A stretch of 64,000 nucleotides of DNA from Callorhinchus milii. Taxonomy: Eukaryota. The DNA is taken from contig NW_024704747.1 in assembly GCF_018977255.1 (NCBI RefSeq), positions 24,924,001 to 24,988,000 on the forward strand, read 5' to 3'. Made by a program: the position numbers and the translations under genes. A model generated the notes under the pieces. The model did not search any database and was not told the origin of the DNA. It saw nothing but the letters and a program-made list of their open reading frames with translations. Shown piece by piece: positions 23,801 to 38,800 of the stretch (position 1 is the first letter of the stretch; each line of letters begins with the position of its first letter).

Positions 23801-26800
23801 CTGGGAGAAACTCCTACCTCTTTTCAAATAGTTTGCAAGATCAGTAAAATCCACCTGAAAACAGACAGATGGGCCCACAGTTTAGTATCATATGTAGGTT
23901 AAAAGCTGTTTTTAATTTATTGCTGAAACTGTATGAAACGCTTTCTGTTTACTTATAGTTGGCCTTGAAGACTGATGTCATTGTATAAATGAAAAGCAAC
24001 CACTGTTCTTTTGTATGGAGGGCAAAATTCAAATAAAAAGCAACTCTTTCTTGCCAATTTGCATGAGTAAGAGTGCTGCAGGACAGACTTCTCTTGAAGT
24101 TATTGTAATTCAGTTAAAACAACGCTAATTAGGTGTGGGTGTGTTTGAAAACACATTTATACAGTGAATTAAGGCTCGGCAAGCACGGTGACACTAATCT
24201 CATTGGGGGGTCTACATAGCGTCAAATGCTGCTTGTCATTTGAACCTACAATAAGGTTTTATTTATAACATTTTCGCTTATTTGTACAGCAGTGTTAACT
24301 TGAATTTGCAATAAATTGTTGCAAAGGGATTAGTGATAACTCATATCACTTTTTGCTGATGTTTTTGATAGCCTCTGTTGTTTCTCCAAGGGTGGGAATG
24401 AGAATACTCAGCCTATGTTCCTTGGCTGACAAATTGACTGAAATCAATTTCAGAAATTCAGTGCCAGATTGCTGGAATTTTGTCTTATGGGGGGGATAAC
24501 AGAAAAATAATACCGTGGCATGAAACATCTTTATTTTTCACCCTACGCAAACCTTCCTTCAGGCTTTGTGTAGTTAGTGTTAAATGTGGTGGGTAGCATT
24601 AAAAATGCAGCCCACACAGACAGACTGACTCAGTGTTGGGAAAATCTTTTCATTACTGAGCACAGATCTGACTATTGTGTTACCTCTAGTGATACGGGGA
24701 TGATATTTTTTGACAACTGCCTTTCCCCCCAAAAAAATCACGTGCTGACTTTAAGGTTCTTTTTTTTAGGAGGCAAGGACAGACGAAGTGGTCTCATTCT
24801 GACAATTCCATTATGTTCAGAACAAACCAACATGGATGAACTGAGCGTCACTCTGGATTATTTGCTCAGCATTCCAAGGTGACTTATCTTTCATGTTCAC
24901 ATTAAAGTTTTACTGTATTTTGTAAACTGTTTAAAATGCGGTTGTGTTTTTTTAAAACCCGTGCTGGATTTGTTTAGTCTCATCTAGTCCATGATCCACT
25001 GTTAATTGTCATAGTAAACCGGATATTTGTTGTATCTGTAACAATGGGTCTGATAACTCGTTATCTTGCAAGTTCAAATCTGTTGCCTTTTCTTTGTTTA
25101 ATAGGTTTGAAAGTGAAGAGTTTGTGCATACAGGTTGAATAATGAGGGAAGTCTCCTTAAATCAAACCATTTGTTTTTCAATAACGGACTATGCTGGGCT
25201 CATGTGTCTCCCAATATTTTCACCCACCATTGCCTCATGGATAAAGATAGATGCACAGATTTCCCAATCTGACTTTCTGTGCACAGGCAGCCATATTTTC
25301 TGGCTGCTGCCTGCGGTGCTGTGAATGGTTGAATTTGGAGACCGTGTTCACGTTCTGGCCACAGCCTCTCAAGCACTTATTGGTGAGGCGAGGGTTGAAG
25401 TCTGAAACCCATTTGTATGCCTGAGTCGACCATACCATGTTCCCAGTGTGGTAGTTATATGGGTTTGTCTCCAGGTTCCCTCTGCTGGGTTAGGTTCTGC
25501 TACCAACCCTCCAGGGATTTCTGTGGCATTTATTTATGCAGAGGTGAGTGCAGCTGAGTTGGAGATGGATATATGTTCAGGAGTGGCCTTGGGACTAAGT
25601 TGCAGTTTAAGGGAGGTTTTAAATCCTGTCAGGTCACCGGGTTCTGCAGGAAGTGCTTGATTTATAGAGCAGTTCTTAATGTGATCAGTTAGCTGGAGGA
25701 TCAGACCGATTGTAAGATTTGTATAGTTAGGCTGCGATTAGATAGGTGGATTTGTGTCTTGTTCCAAAGAGTTATTTAGGTTTCTGATGTATGCCTTTTT
25801 TCCTAATCTCATTTGCAGAAAAAGGAGAGCGCTCCACAGTGCATTTAAGATCTGCTTTTTCTTTGTTTTGCATGCCAAGACTGGTGCAAAAAGGAAATGT
25901 TTAGGGGAAAGGCAGTGAGTGGAAGGAAGACTTTGTATCAAGTGTTTTGAGAAAATAAATTGTCCACAGGAATGCCACTTGGGAAGTTTACTAAACTTCT
26001 AGTTTATTCCAAAACTGCACTTTTTAATCACATCCATATGATTTTTATTTGAAACTGTTCAGAGGAAGAAGTTTGCAGATGATTGATGTTGCAGATGCTG
26101 TACAGCTAAAACCTTGAATATACTGAAAATTATAGAGGGCAATGCAGAAAATGTTAACAACTCTAATAATATGACTTAAGACCAGTGAGGCTCAACTACA
26201 TCTTCTGACCATTCTATAATAATATATAAAAGTCCATATATTTGATATGGTATGCCATGAGGCTAACTTGCACATCACAATTTTCCACAAACAGTCATAA
26301 AGTAAATGACCCAATTTTATCTGGAGGAGAACTTTTATCTAGCCAGAACACCCTAAACTCCCTTCTCTGTATATAAAGTAACTCACATGGATTTGTGCGT
26401 AGGAGTTTTATGTTGATCACCAGGAAATTTCACTGCTCCCATCTCATTGGATCATATCAAGAATATTGTTGCCATTCCTATGAGTGACAAAGCCTTTAGG
26501 CACTGCTCTTTCTGAGTATATTTTGTAAAGGTTTTGAACTGGAAAAAGGGCAGGAAACTAATGAATGCACAGAACGATAACCTGGTTGATTCATGACTAC
26601 CTCAAGCTTTCTTGACCACTGAATACTTGGGAGAAAATAAAAGTAAAATTGATGGGAACGGAGATGNAAAAATAGGACCTCTTGTTCAGGGTTACTGCAA
26701 TTACCTTGGTAACAGGGAAACTATTACTGAACGTCTCTGCCTCTGCACTATAGTTAGAAGTAAATTTCATTTTGGTTTAGTGCATTTTAATTAGGTGATG

Positions 26801-29800
26801 GGTTGCACTACTCTTGGGAATAATTAAATTAGATGACTCGGCATCAAATGAAATCGTAACTATCCAATGAATAATCATACTAGTCATAGCAGTATTCAGA
26901 TCTTTTGCTTTTACTTTATTTTTTAATCCATGTAAAATCATAACCAGATTGGCGCATTTGATTCCTCATTGTAACTGACTTGCAATCCATCAATCATCAA
27001 CGTGCTTCATCAACCTGAATCAGAGATGCTGTCACAGATATCTTCCCGGTACACTAACATATTCCCTGAAAAGCCATAGCCTCATGCTAATCAGTACTAT
27101 TCGTGTCTGTGCCGTCTCTTTTAAAAGAGCTATCCAAATCAATCCCTGCAAACTTGGCCTCCCCAAATAATTATCTACTTCCTTCTCTCTTAAAAGTTGT
27201 TATCAAATCGGCTTCCATCACCCTTTCAGTTAATTCCAGATCCGAACAACTTGTCTCCAAGGTGAAAGAGAATGCGCCCCAACTATCATTCTACCCTTTT
27301 TCTAATACTGTTATGTTGTAACTAGGCAAAATGTTCACCAAGAAGCTTTTCAAGACTGGACGCTTGAGAAACGTTTTAAAATTGATTATATATTGCTGTG
27401 TGGATTATAATGCAAAACAGTAATGCATCAATGGTTGTGTAATCTCTAAATTAGAGCTCATGTAGTTTACCGTTGTTTGCTGAATATCAACATGGGTTAT
27501 TTGGAATACACCACAAGAGTTTGATGTGTTACAAATTGTCAATGTATATGAGCTTTTTGTTTTAGTTGCTGTACTTCATTATTCGGTGTCAAGGGTGCTA
27601 GAGAACATTCTGTTCTTGCTTGTGGTATCAGGATTTAGCTTGCTGGCTGGAGAATGCCCTTGTTTTATGCAAAGTATTGTGTAGTGCTTTGCAACAACTA
27701 ATATGGGTTGGTAATTCTCTCCTGCTTGAAGATGGGTGTGGGAAAAGTATCTTTCAGATTCTAGCACACTTAGTATTCTCTGCTGGATTGCTCACGAACA
27801 TAAAAAGCGGAAACACTGGAATGGTTATTCCAGAGTGAATTACTTCCCTAACTATTGGAGATCAGCCATTTGTTTTCTAGCAATGTGCAGCTTGTGAAGA
27901 GCATAGTGTGGCGACCATAAAAGGCGCACAGTGGAAAACTACATCTCCACATTGGCTTCAATTGCACCTGTACCCTTGAGGCCATTATTGGAAAAGAATT
28001 GCTTTTTTTAAAAAAGAGTCATCAATTTTGTTTTCAAAATTTCACAAATGCATTTAAGGGATTAGTCATTGCTACACATTTTTCAAGGGTGCTCTTTCTG
28101 TGTGTGGCGATATAATAACAGACCAGAGTTGATTTATATTCTGAAGGCTTCTTGGTAATGTGTGCAAACATCACTCATTTATACTGCAAATATTTGCAAA
28201 TAAATATGCGGAGGGACGAGGGAAAGCAATTGTGCAGTACATTGTTGTGTATATCTGGTCTGAGTAGGTCTACTTTTCACCAGTAGCAGAATACCATGGT
28301 CCAAATAGACTCTGGCAGTTATTCAACACAGTGGCATATTTCTGCACAGCACTGCCACTAATCACAAAGTCTTAATTTCTCTGAACATTAAGGTGTTGAA
28401 GATTTTATTGAAGCTGGATGATCTCTGAAATAATTATCAATTGGTTCACTAAATTTAATGAGCGACTTTCCTTTAGTTTCCTTTTTGTTATCTGGCAAGC
28501 CGGATGACACAATCTACATATGTTTATACACTTCTAAACCCAGATGTGCGACCTCAATAAATTACTTCCATTACCGTCCAATATAACTTCCTGTTGTGAA
28601 ATAATTTAAATTAGTGGGAGTAGTGGCAGTGGGAAAGCTCGTAAGATAAACTGTCTGTCAGTTAACATCCACATAGTTATTGCACTGTACATATGCTGTA
28701 TTCAACTCTAGCCTGTCAGTCCAATGCAGTGGGGAGTGCTGATTTATTGGAAGTGTCGTGTTTCAGATGAGATGGCATGTCTGTCTCTTAACCTGGATCA
28801 TAAAGGGAGTTTCTCCCCGTCTCCAGACCAACAATTCTCCAGATAAAAGTGTGGTTATTCACTTGTGTGGGCTGTTCTGTGTGTAAGTTGGCTGGCATTA
28901 CAAATACACAGTCACTACACTTTACAGAAAAACCGAAGCACTTTGAGACATTTTGTTTTGATATGGTACTATATCACGTACAAGGATTATTAAAATGACC
29001 TTTGGGTTGAAAGATCTATTCTCTATTTCTAAAATGCAAGAAAGGCATATTAATGTGATGTGACATATGCATTTCTCTTTGGTGACCATTTTTGACTATT
29101 TTCGGGTGATTTATCACAACCTTTTCTTTTGTAGGGCAATTAAATGGCCTGTTCACATTTCTGGTAAACCATTGGAATGCAGTTTCCGTAAAATATAACC
29201 TTGAGTTCTTAATCTCTGTTTTTTGAATTTGGCATTTGGTAACATTAATGAGCATTTTGTAGTGGTTGACCTCTTTTGTTTTCTCTTTCAGTGATAAGTG
29301 TAAAGCGAGAGGTTTTACTGTTATTGTGGACGGTCGAAAATCCCAGTGGAACGTGGTCAAGACAGTTGTACTGATGCTACAGGTGATGTTTTGTACAGTC
29401 CTACTCATTAGTTATGTAACTCCGCCAACAGTGACCACCTCCCTAGGAAGTATCTTCCAGTTTTATGGTGTCACCTTTTTTTAAAAACAGAAATGGAAGC
29501 TTTCCTGATTGTTCAGTTGTTACAGTAAATAAAGAGTTAAATAAATTTCCAATTTACAAAAGTGTGACCCCAGCCAGATTCAATTTCTGCTTTCCCTTGA
29601 GTGAGTTCAGCTGAGGACCGGTAAAAAAGTGCTTCCGATTCCTCGGTGCTTCCTGAGCTATGGAAAGGGGGGAAGGGGAACCAGTCAGGGTTTCTGTTCC
29701 CCAATTCCTATCCCATGCCCCTGCTTGTGTGTGAAAGTTGGAGTTATAGATATAATGCCTTTCACAATTGAATGGTTAGAGAAACTCACTGTCTCGGCTC

Positions 29801-32800
29801 AGATGCGAAGAATGTCCAGCTGTGGGAGATGCCGGAGCATAGTCAAGGGCCATGAACTACTTTGGGAGACGGAGAGGGGAAGCTAGTGACTAATTAAGTC
29901 TTGTACACGCTGAACCTGTTTAACTCTTCCTCCACCCCACCTGTAAAACATGTGTATTCATGGGATTATGCAAGCAGAGGGGTCAATATTTAAATGATTG
30001 ACAGAGATTCCCAAACAGAGATGGTTGTCCAATAAGTAGGAATTTATAGTGTAGATGTTTTTCCTGTGTTTTTTTTTGTTCAGTTGGCTCGGTTGTTTAT
30101 TTAAAACATACCACTTGGGTTGCAATCTGAAATTAATATAACGTATTCCCTTCTGTTACTAGGGCTGTAAAACCCAGGAGGCAGATTTATTTGCTTTTGG
30201 CCTGAAATCTATTAAGTATGTTGGGCCAAGTCTTGCACATTTGGCTGATTTCAGATACTACTCAAAGTTTCCCAGCACTAAGGTTTGGCTGCTCGGCCTT
30301 CCACAATTAAATGCATACATTCTACCTCTTGACCATTCAACTGCATTTTTTGTAATGCTTTAAATTCATGCCCCAATTTTTTTTTGTGATGGGGGTTGCA
30401 GGGAGAAAGGGTTTGAGTGTAAAGGATTCCCTTCAGAGCCATGGAATCCGCAATTCATTTCCTTCACAGAAATAAGTGAAATCAAGTTATCGTTCACTGA
30501 ACATTTCACTGGTAGTGTTCACGGTCAAGCTGTAACATTAAAATTACCTTTTTATTTAACTATAAGTTTATGGGATCCTGTCTCTGAGTTCCCTTCAGTT
30601 AGTTTCCTTAAGGGAATTGAAACTTTTTATTATGCTTTTGGGTCTGTTTACAGAAGGTAATTTTTATCCCTGTTTAAATTAAGCAAGGATGTTCTGGCCA
30701 TGGAAAAACATTGTATTATTGACTGATTCAATTTCTTTAAGCCTTATTGCACTTGCAGTTTGTTGAGTAAATTGGAAACTCTTATTTAACTAGGTTATTG
30801 GAGTTTCACATTATTTTTCCAATGTACATAATCCAGTGTGAAATTCTATCATTCTTGTTTCTTTGTATTCTGAGAATTCTAGGTTTAGGAACACCATTGT
30901 ATATTCAGGGAGCGCTTGTCCTCATTCTAACTACGCAGCACATTCCTGAGTAGCCTTCAGTGAAACGAACATGCAGATTGGGTCATAGCATATATGCCTG
31001 GTAGGAGGCCTCTATCCCCAGAGAATAAATGCAGATGTCTGGATTCCTAGGGAAGACTTGCCTTTTGCACAAGGTATATTCCAGATGTGCATAAACTATC
31101 ATCAGATTTGAGAGTTTAAAAAAACAGGTTCCTGTCTGTGGCTAGGATTTCCCTTACCTCCTATAAGAGGGGAAATCTTACTTTCTGCTAGTTAGAGGGA
31201 TGCAGGGGGAGAATACAACAGAACGAGCAAAAGATTTTGAGACTAAATGAAATTATAAGGTACCCAAGGAATGCCAGGATGAGAAAAGGATGAGGCATTA
31301 TCCTTGCCCTTTGACTTGTATTAGCACATTTAATTGTATATTGAATAACTTTCAATATTTTTCTGATAATTGGTTCTAAATTTACATTACACTAATTTCC
31401 ATGTAACGTTCTGTGTCCTTACTGTCTGACTTACTTTGAAGTAGTTAGTCTGGCTTTATCTTATCGATACCATTTAATATTTTACATACTTCAATGAGGT
31501 TTCTTACTCCTTTCCACCACAGTGCTTTCTTTCCAGTCTGCAAAGCTGACGTTTCTCTGATTCTTCTTCATAGTTTACCCTTTTTACATTTGGAATTAGT
31601 TTTGTTCTTTTCTGAAATTTTGTTCAAATCAACACAAACCTTACAGTGAAGAGAGAGTGTAGTAGGTGAGAAATAGTATGAAGTAATGGAGAAAGTGACA
31701 AAAAATATTATGTTCTGGAAGGCTCAGATATGAGGAAATGCATTGCAATGGAGAAGAAAACCGAGACTTCAGACTAAGTTTGTGGAAGCCCAGAATGTGA
31801 AAAGATCATCTCAAAGAAAGAATAAACCTGAGCCTGAAATCTGAGCTGTGTATTTTGCTAAGGGGCAGAATAAGAGGTTGAATCAGTGCCAGCTCTTGAT
31901 GATGCTGATCTGGCCACCTGAATGTCAAGTATGGGTGGGGTGAACCTTAAAGCGTGGAGAAGGAATCTGGTATGGCATGTGCGGGTACTGGACACATTTT
32001 TAAAAAAAATACACTTCTGAAGTTGTTCTAAACAATGTGACTGATATTATGTGTTGGATCAGAACTCCCATCAGGAGTCCTGCCAACATCCTAACTGGTG
32101 AGGTAGGTACATATCTAAAGCCAGCGATGATTATTTAAAAGCAAGGTAGACTACATTTGAAATTGTATTCAGAGCAAACTAGTTGAGGAAAATGGCATGC
32201 GTTGCATGGGTTAAATGTACAATAAGTTATTAAATATGTCTCATTGAGAATTGGGTGAGGCCAACAAAGGATCCCATTTATGAAGGTGTGAATGAGTACT
32301 GTTATCCTGCCATATGCTGCAAAACACATCTGGTGTGTGAAGAAACCTTCAGAGTCACAGCTGCTGCTGCACAGAGCTGCTGCTTCGATATAATATTTAA
32401 TAAATGGGGGGAGGGAAACCAAAGTTTACATTATAAAGTTATACTCTGTGCATTGAGCTACAGTCAAAGTTTAAATATCAGCATTTTAAATGTTGTAATA
32501 CCTAACCAAATCTGTTCAATGCCTCCATGAGTAACATTAACGAAGTTCCAGAAATAAATTTCGACTGGATTACTGGACACAGTGGATCAAACCCTTAATA
32601 TGCTTCTCATTCTCTTTCCCCCTGCAAATAAAAGTTCAGCTGTTAACTGCTAACATTGCTAAGCTGTTTATCAGGATGTGGCTAAATGTTGTTTATTTAA
32701 AAATCTATTATGCAGAAAATTGCAATGTCAAATTGCCAATTTGAGCCCAAACTTTTTTTTAAATAAAATTAATACGATGAGCCCAAATGCCCAGTGGCTA

Positions 32801-35800
32801 CAAGGCTACTACTTCCAGGGCTTCTTTGATCATTGATTCTTTTCAGTCAGAGCAATAGTTAGGATCATGGAATTGACCTTAATAACCCTGCCTGTAACCC
32901 GTGGGATCGCAGAATCTCCAGTTAGATGTCCCAACCATCAAGCCTGGTTGGTTCTTTATTGCTGTGCAGTGACCTCTGCTGGAATGAGTTTAGATGTCTG
33001 TGCAGACTTGGAACTTCAGCTTGAGGAGAGTGCACGCTAGCTACAGTGCGAAGCTGAGACCCTCACCTGAACAAGTAAAACTACACAATTCATTAAAATA
33101 ACAGTTTACAAATTTTGCTGTTTCCTATGACTTATGGAAACCAAAAAAAATCGCATGGGAAAGAGGGATAAAAAAATCTAATGCAACCGTTCTACAAATA
33201 TAATAAACTGGCAGATCTCAGGAAGTAATACCATAGGAAGAACTGAACAGCACGGTGTAATTTCCACTGGTTGTTTTTCTTTGTCAATTTGTATCAGCTT
33301 TTTGAGCACCAATCTGATTTGGATGATGAGGTTGCTTTGTCATTATTAGCAAAGTTGGCTGCCAAGTTCAGTAAATTTACCGACCAGTGGAATACAGCCC
33401 ATTTCCCCTTGTAAAACACTGAGCTGCCTCTGAACCAACAAAGAGGATTGTTTTCCGTGGTAACGCGAAGAGCAACAGAAAACCATACAGCGCAATTTGA
33501 AATAAAATATTATGGCACAAATCAGAAGAGGTACAAAATCAAAGGAAGCGGAGGAACTGTGGCAATATATCATTGCCTAGCTCGGGCGACATCAACAACT
33601 TGCTCTTAGTCTCTTCAATCTGTTGCTAACACTTTCTGGCTTATGCCCGTGCAACACTTTGATACGAGAGGCATCACTGGAGAATAGCAAATGAAATAGG
33701 AAGCTGTCTCACCACACATTATCATTAAAGGTAAACAATATTTATACTGAATGACAGCCAAATCCAGGGATGTTAGAAAAGGAGCCACAAGCAGACAGCA
33801 CAGCAGAAAATGAATGTGACCCATTTACTGTATGTAAAACGAACTGATACCACACAAGCACCAAGATGAATGCAGTGGTTTACTGGTCTATCTGAATGCA
33901 TGAACGAATACAACGACAAAGCAGTTTTATTAACTAGACCACTGCTTTAATAACCTGATTAATGCCAGAGGATACTCGCAAAGCACTCTGCATGGGTTGC
34001 CATGTATGAAAATTCTATGGCAATAATTTCTTAGGACTGTAAATTATACCTGGCGCACGAGCGTACATATATGCAGCACACGTTGAGGCCAAGGAACAAT
34101 TATTTGCTGTGGATTCCAATAATTGTATCTTTATGACTTTTTTCTCTCCACCACCAATTTTCTATAACTTGTAGTTTAGGTGTAATTCATGCTACTTACG
34201 TAATCTCATAGAAAGATTATGTTAACGTGAGGTAGGACATTCAAGTATATGCATCTTGAATTTATGATTTTGTTTTCTTCACCACTTCTAAGTTTCTTCT
34301 CCTCCCCCTCTCTACACTGGCTACTAAAATGCTGGGTATGCCTCATCATGAGTACAGCACCATTATGAAGTAAATAAGGAAGCGGATATGCTAATCTAGC
34401 GTCTCCTGTGTGGGGATGTGTACTTGACAATGTCATAAGGTACTCTGTGCCAAGATGTCGATATGTCAAGATGTTACAAACAAGTTCCGTGAACTAGGAC
34501 CTCAGTAAAGCAAACTAGTGGAAAGGGCTGACAATCTTGTGCCATCCACCAGTCTCCGCTATATTAATTCTGTTGTTCCTGGTTCCAAGTAATTTCTAAT
34601 GGGGTGACCTCACGGATAGCGATGTGCACTTTTTATCCGTTAGCTTGCAATAAATAACTTATTTTTCCTTTTAAATGTTTTTCTTTCAATCTGAGAAAAC
34701 CATTATGACTAATTTTGTTATTTTTGACAATACATTTTTATTATGTTTCTTAGCTTTTGCAAACTTTGAAGTAATTTTTAAACTAAAGTGCCGCACAACT
34801 CTTCAAGAATAAATCTGTTCTGGTAATTAATTATTAGGCTGCGTATGTAGTGACATGTGTTTTGATTTATATGTAGTGACATGTGTTTTGATTTGTTCTC
34901 CAGAATGTGATCCCTGCTGAAGTCTCTCTGGTGTGTGTGGTGAAACCGGATGAATTCTGGGACAAGAAAGTCACTCACTTTTGTTTCTGGAAGGAGAAAG
35001 ATCGACTAGGATTTGAGGTATTTGACTTGAACACCCAAGTTCATAAAATAGTAATTGATATCCCCAAAGTCATGCCTTCTTCAGAATGATTGCTTGTTAT
35101 TGATTGCTTAATATTATTGAAACCTTTTATATTTGAGTTGGGCATCACAACTAACTTCACTCTACGTCCACCCACACGTGCTCACCTTCTTGTAGAGGGT
35201 CTCTGGAAGGTAATCAAGAAACCCTGGCCGATTGAAATGCCTCGATTGCTTCACTGCTGCTTCCTGTTGACCACTTCAGCAAAGAATGAGGATTAAATCT
35301 CAGACATACATGACCAATATAGAACCATAGAACTTACAGCATCATTCAGATGATCATATGGCTCGTGTTGCTGTGTTTACTCTTTTAAAAGCAAATCTGT
35401 CCTTTTTCCTCATACCTATAAATATGTTTTAGGTTCTCAGTAAATACTTCTCCCTCAAACCATTGAGCATGCCCCAAATGCTTCCTACTTAGTTCAAAAG
35501 CTTTCTGAAGTTTCCTTTATTTAAAAAAAATGTTCAAAGTAAGTTGGCTTTAATGTTTACCTTGTGCTGACCTTGTGTAAAGAGGGAATTACAGGGGATC
35601 TCAATGATGAAATCAAGATGTACCTACCTCTTGGACTGTATTTTCTATCATCTTTCTCCTTCTCAACTTCCTCAGCTCCCAAACCCGAGCTTGGATGCCC
35701 AAGCATTGGTGTGAAATGCTTTGGGATGTCAATCTGAGATGAAAAGCGCTATATGCACATCTAGTGTACATGTATTGCAATGTAATAACACAAAACAAAA

Positions 35801-38800
35801 TGGATTTTTGGAGAATCTGTAAGCGTTTTCATTGGTTATAAAGGGTTACTGTAATTCCTCTTCACACATGTTTTATTCATGGATATTATAACCTGTCGAT
35901 TAGATCCCTTTAGATAATGAAAATGGCTTAGGATTTTAATTTTGCAAATTTTTGTGGGAATGTTCTTTCCCTACTTTTAAATGACATGATTACTCGTAAA
36001 AGGTTAGCGTATTTTTGTTCAGTCATGTGTCTTGACACACACAGACGCCCAACACCAGGTTAAGAGTATCCATACCAGACTGGGAGTTCCACATCGTATG
36101 CCACCTGCACATGGAAATTTCGCTTTCCTTTTTCCCGAGGTTAACATAACAATTGCAAAGTGTTTCATTCCACTTTTACATTATTCATCTTTGACAAAAT
36201 TCTGCTCATCTATTATTGAAAATTCAAACGTTCATTCTATTTTCTTACCATATGCTTTTCTGGTTCGTTCATTCAAATTAGATTTTACAAAACCAGTTGC
36301 CTGCTAGCTTTTTTTTATATCACAAAAAGTTGTGAATGACTGCCGTATTGGAAGGATTCATTCATATTGTTTTACACAAAAAAGCAGAATTGTAACAAGA
36401 TATGAAATCTGATTCTGAGAACATTCGTCTCTCGAGGCCTTATTCTTTAATCATTTGTTTGAATGCAAAGCATATTTCACATGTAGCTGAGCAACGGTTA
36501 TCAAAGTTCGCTACTGAACGTTTCGTAATATAGCGTGCTTGAGCCAAACTTGCTGGAAAATAACATTCTTCTCTCTGTTATCTGTCATAAATTTAGTAGA
36601 TGAAAATCTAATTACATAGATCACTTACAGATATGAAAGAACGATGGAATAAAAGCTTTTCTGTATCCGTTGTAAAGGTTAACAATTTGCCAATGTATAA
36701 TCTTGCAACAATTTAATAAGCTAAGTTTATTAGAAAAGCATTTTGATATAATTAAGATAAGGACCTTTACTTAGTTGTGAGAAATGTGCCTTCAAGCAAT
36801 ACGTGTTTTTAAAGGGGTTCTCTCATAGCTTGAATGGACTCTCACGTTTGTACACATGGTTTGGACCTTTGTACAATAAAGCTTAATTGTTTGTGATGAT
36901 TAATTCCATTCATCATTGTCTTCCAGCTGTTTTATTGCCTGTCTTGTTTGATAGATTGTGCAAAGGTGCACAAAGATGGTTTTAGTTTTCACCCTTGTTG
37001 ATTATTCTGTATAACATATTTTGCAGCCCACCATTTGAACTAATTTACTAAATATCCCAAAGCCCTTTTTTTTTTAAGCTCGAAATAACACAGCTAAGAG
37101 GTCAATCCTTTGTTCAACCCTCAGGCTAACAACAGTCTTCCTGGCTTGGTTAATTTCCAGCTCGTCCACTCTTGACATAAGAAACAAACGTTAGCCCAAG
37201 GCTGTATTTATACTTCTGGAAGTGATAATAGTAACTGATGACAGATTGTTTCCTGCTCATACATGTCGTATAATATCCTCAATGTTAGTCCCCTCTTCAA
37301 TATACTGTACCTGGATATTTGGCAGCTAAGTCTGCTACTTATCTCATATAGAATACATGAATTCCAGCCTCCACTTGCTTATTTCCACAATTCAGCTCTA
37401 GCTGAGCAGTAGAATTGACAAATATCTGGTTGCATCAGGGATAGAACATTTAACTGATAACACTGTGGGCAGTATTTACATGAGGAAGAAAATGATCAGA
37501 GTTATCAGTCACCACTATATGGAGTCATTAGGTCACAGTTTTGTCTTTGATTCAAATTTTTGACTGTCAAGCACCTTGGGACATCCTCCCGACGTGAAAG
37601 ACGCTCTATAAATGTAATTTGTTGTTGATCACAAAGATGTGATTTGGATTTTCTGTGTATAGCATCCTCTGAATGTCTCCATATCAGTGAGGAACTCGTG
37701 ATCAGAGTGGGGGGTGTTAAGGGTGGTCAGTGGATTAATAAATGACTTTTGGGATCTACAGGTATTGTTGAAAATTGATAGGGAATTATACATACTGAAC
37801 AAAAGTGAGAAGTGATGCTCAATTAGATTTAAACCTACTAATGGTTAGTTGTGTAAATGATAAAAGAGTGAAGGAACACCTTTGTAAAACTTGTGTAGCC
37901 TTGAGCAATATTCTGCCAGGCGTACTCAGCCTTTGCCTAAGATTTCTGACACACGTTAAATTTATGTGGTGGTTGTATTTGAAGCAGGTTAAACTGCAAC
38001 CTGTTTTACAGAGTACCACATGTATTACGTGCAGCATTGTTGAAAAAAGTTGTGAACTTAGCCGATTTAGTTTCATGTACAAAATATTTTCAGCTTATTT
38101 AACTACTAATAATCCTTGTATTTGATATAGCACCTTATCACGTCATCAAAGTCTCAAAGCGCTTCTCAGTGAATTCTAACGTGGATTGACTGTATATTTT
38201 GTGAACCACAGGTTAGCTACTACTGCTTTAGAATCTGAATACTATTTGTGCAGGGAGCTCAGTCAAATGTTACATATTATGTAGGTTACAAGCCAGAATT
38301 GTACTATAAGACATACACTGTCTATATGCAGGATTTTGAGTTCAAAAGGGAAGAAAAAAAATTTTATTTTCTCCCCCTTTCCACCCCCAATACACACACA
38401 AAAAAAACAGGTTATCCTGGTATCTGCTAACAAGCTTACTCGCTACATAGAACCGTGCCAACTGACAGAAGAATTTGGAGGCTCGCTTGTGTATGATCAC
38501 ATGGACTGGCTGAATAAAAGACTGGTTAGTACTGGCATGTTCTGTAAATGTTAGAATGCATAAATTATGATGTATGCTCATTTTCAAAATTTGAAGCACA
38601 TTTGACCACCAATATAATATTTTCCTTATTGTTTTTACATTGTGAATTGTTACTCTGCTTGAACCAAATTCCTAAAAAAAACAATTGGGTTGACAGCAAT
38701 CACATATTCAGTGACTGCACTGTATAATGCAATGCATGTATAATACAATGCAGTGTATCCTGTGAAACTCTTTGGGATACCCTCCCAATGTGAAAGGCAT

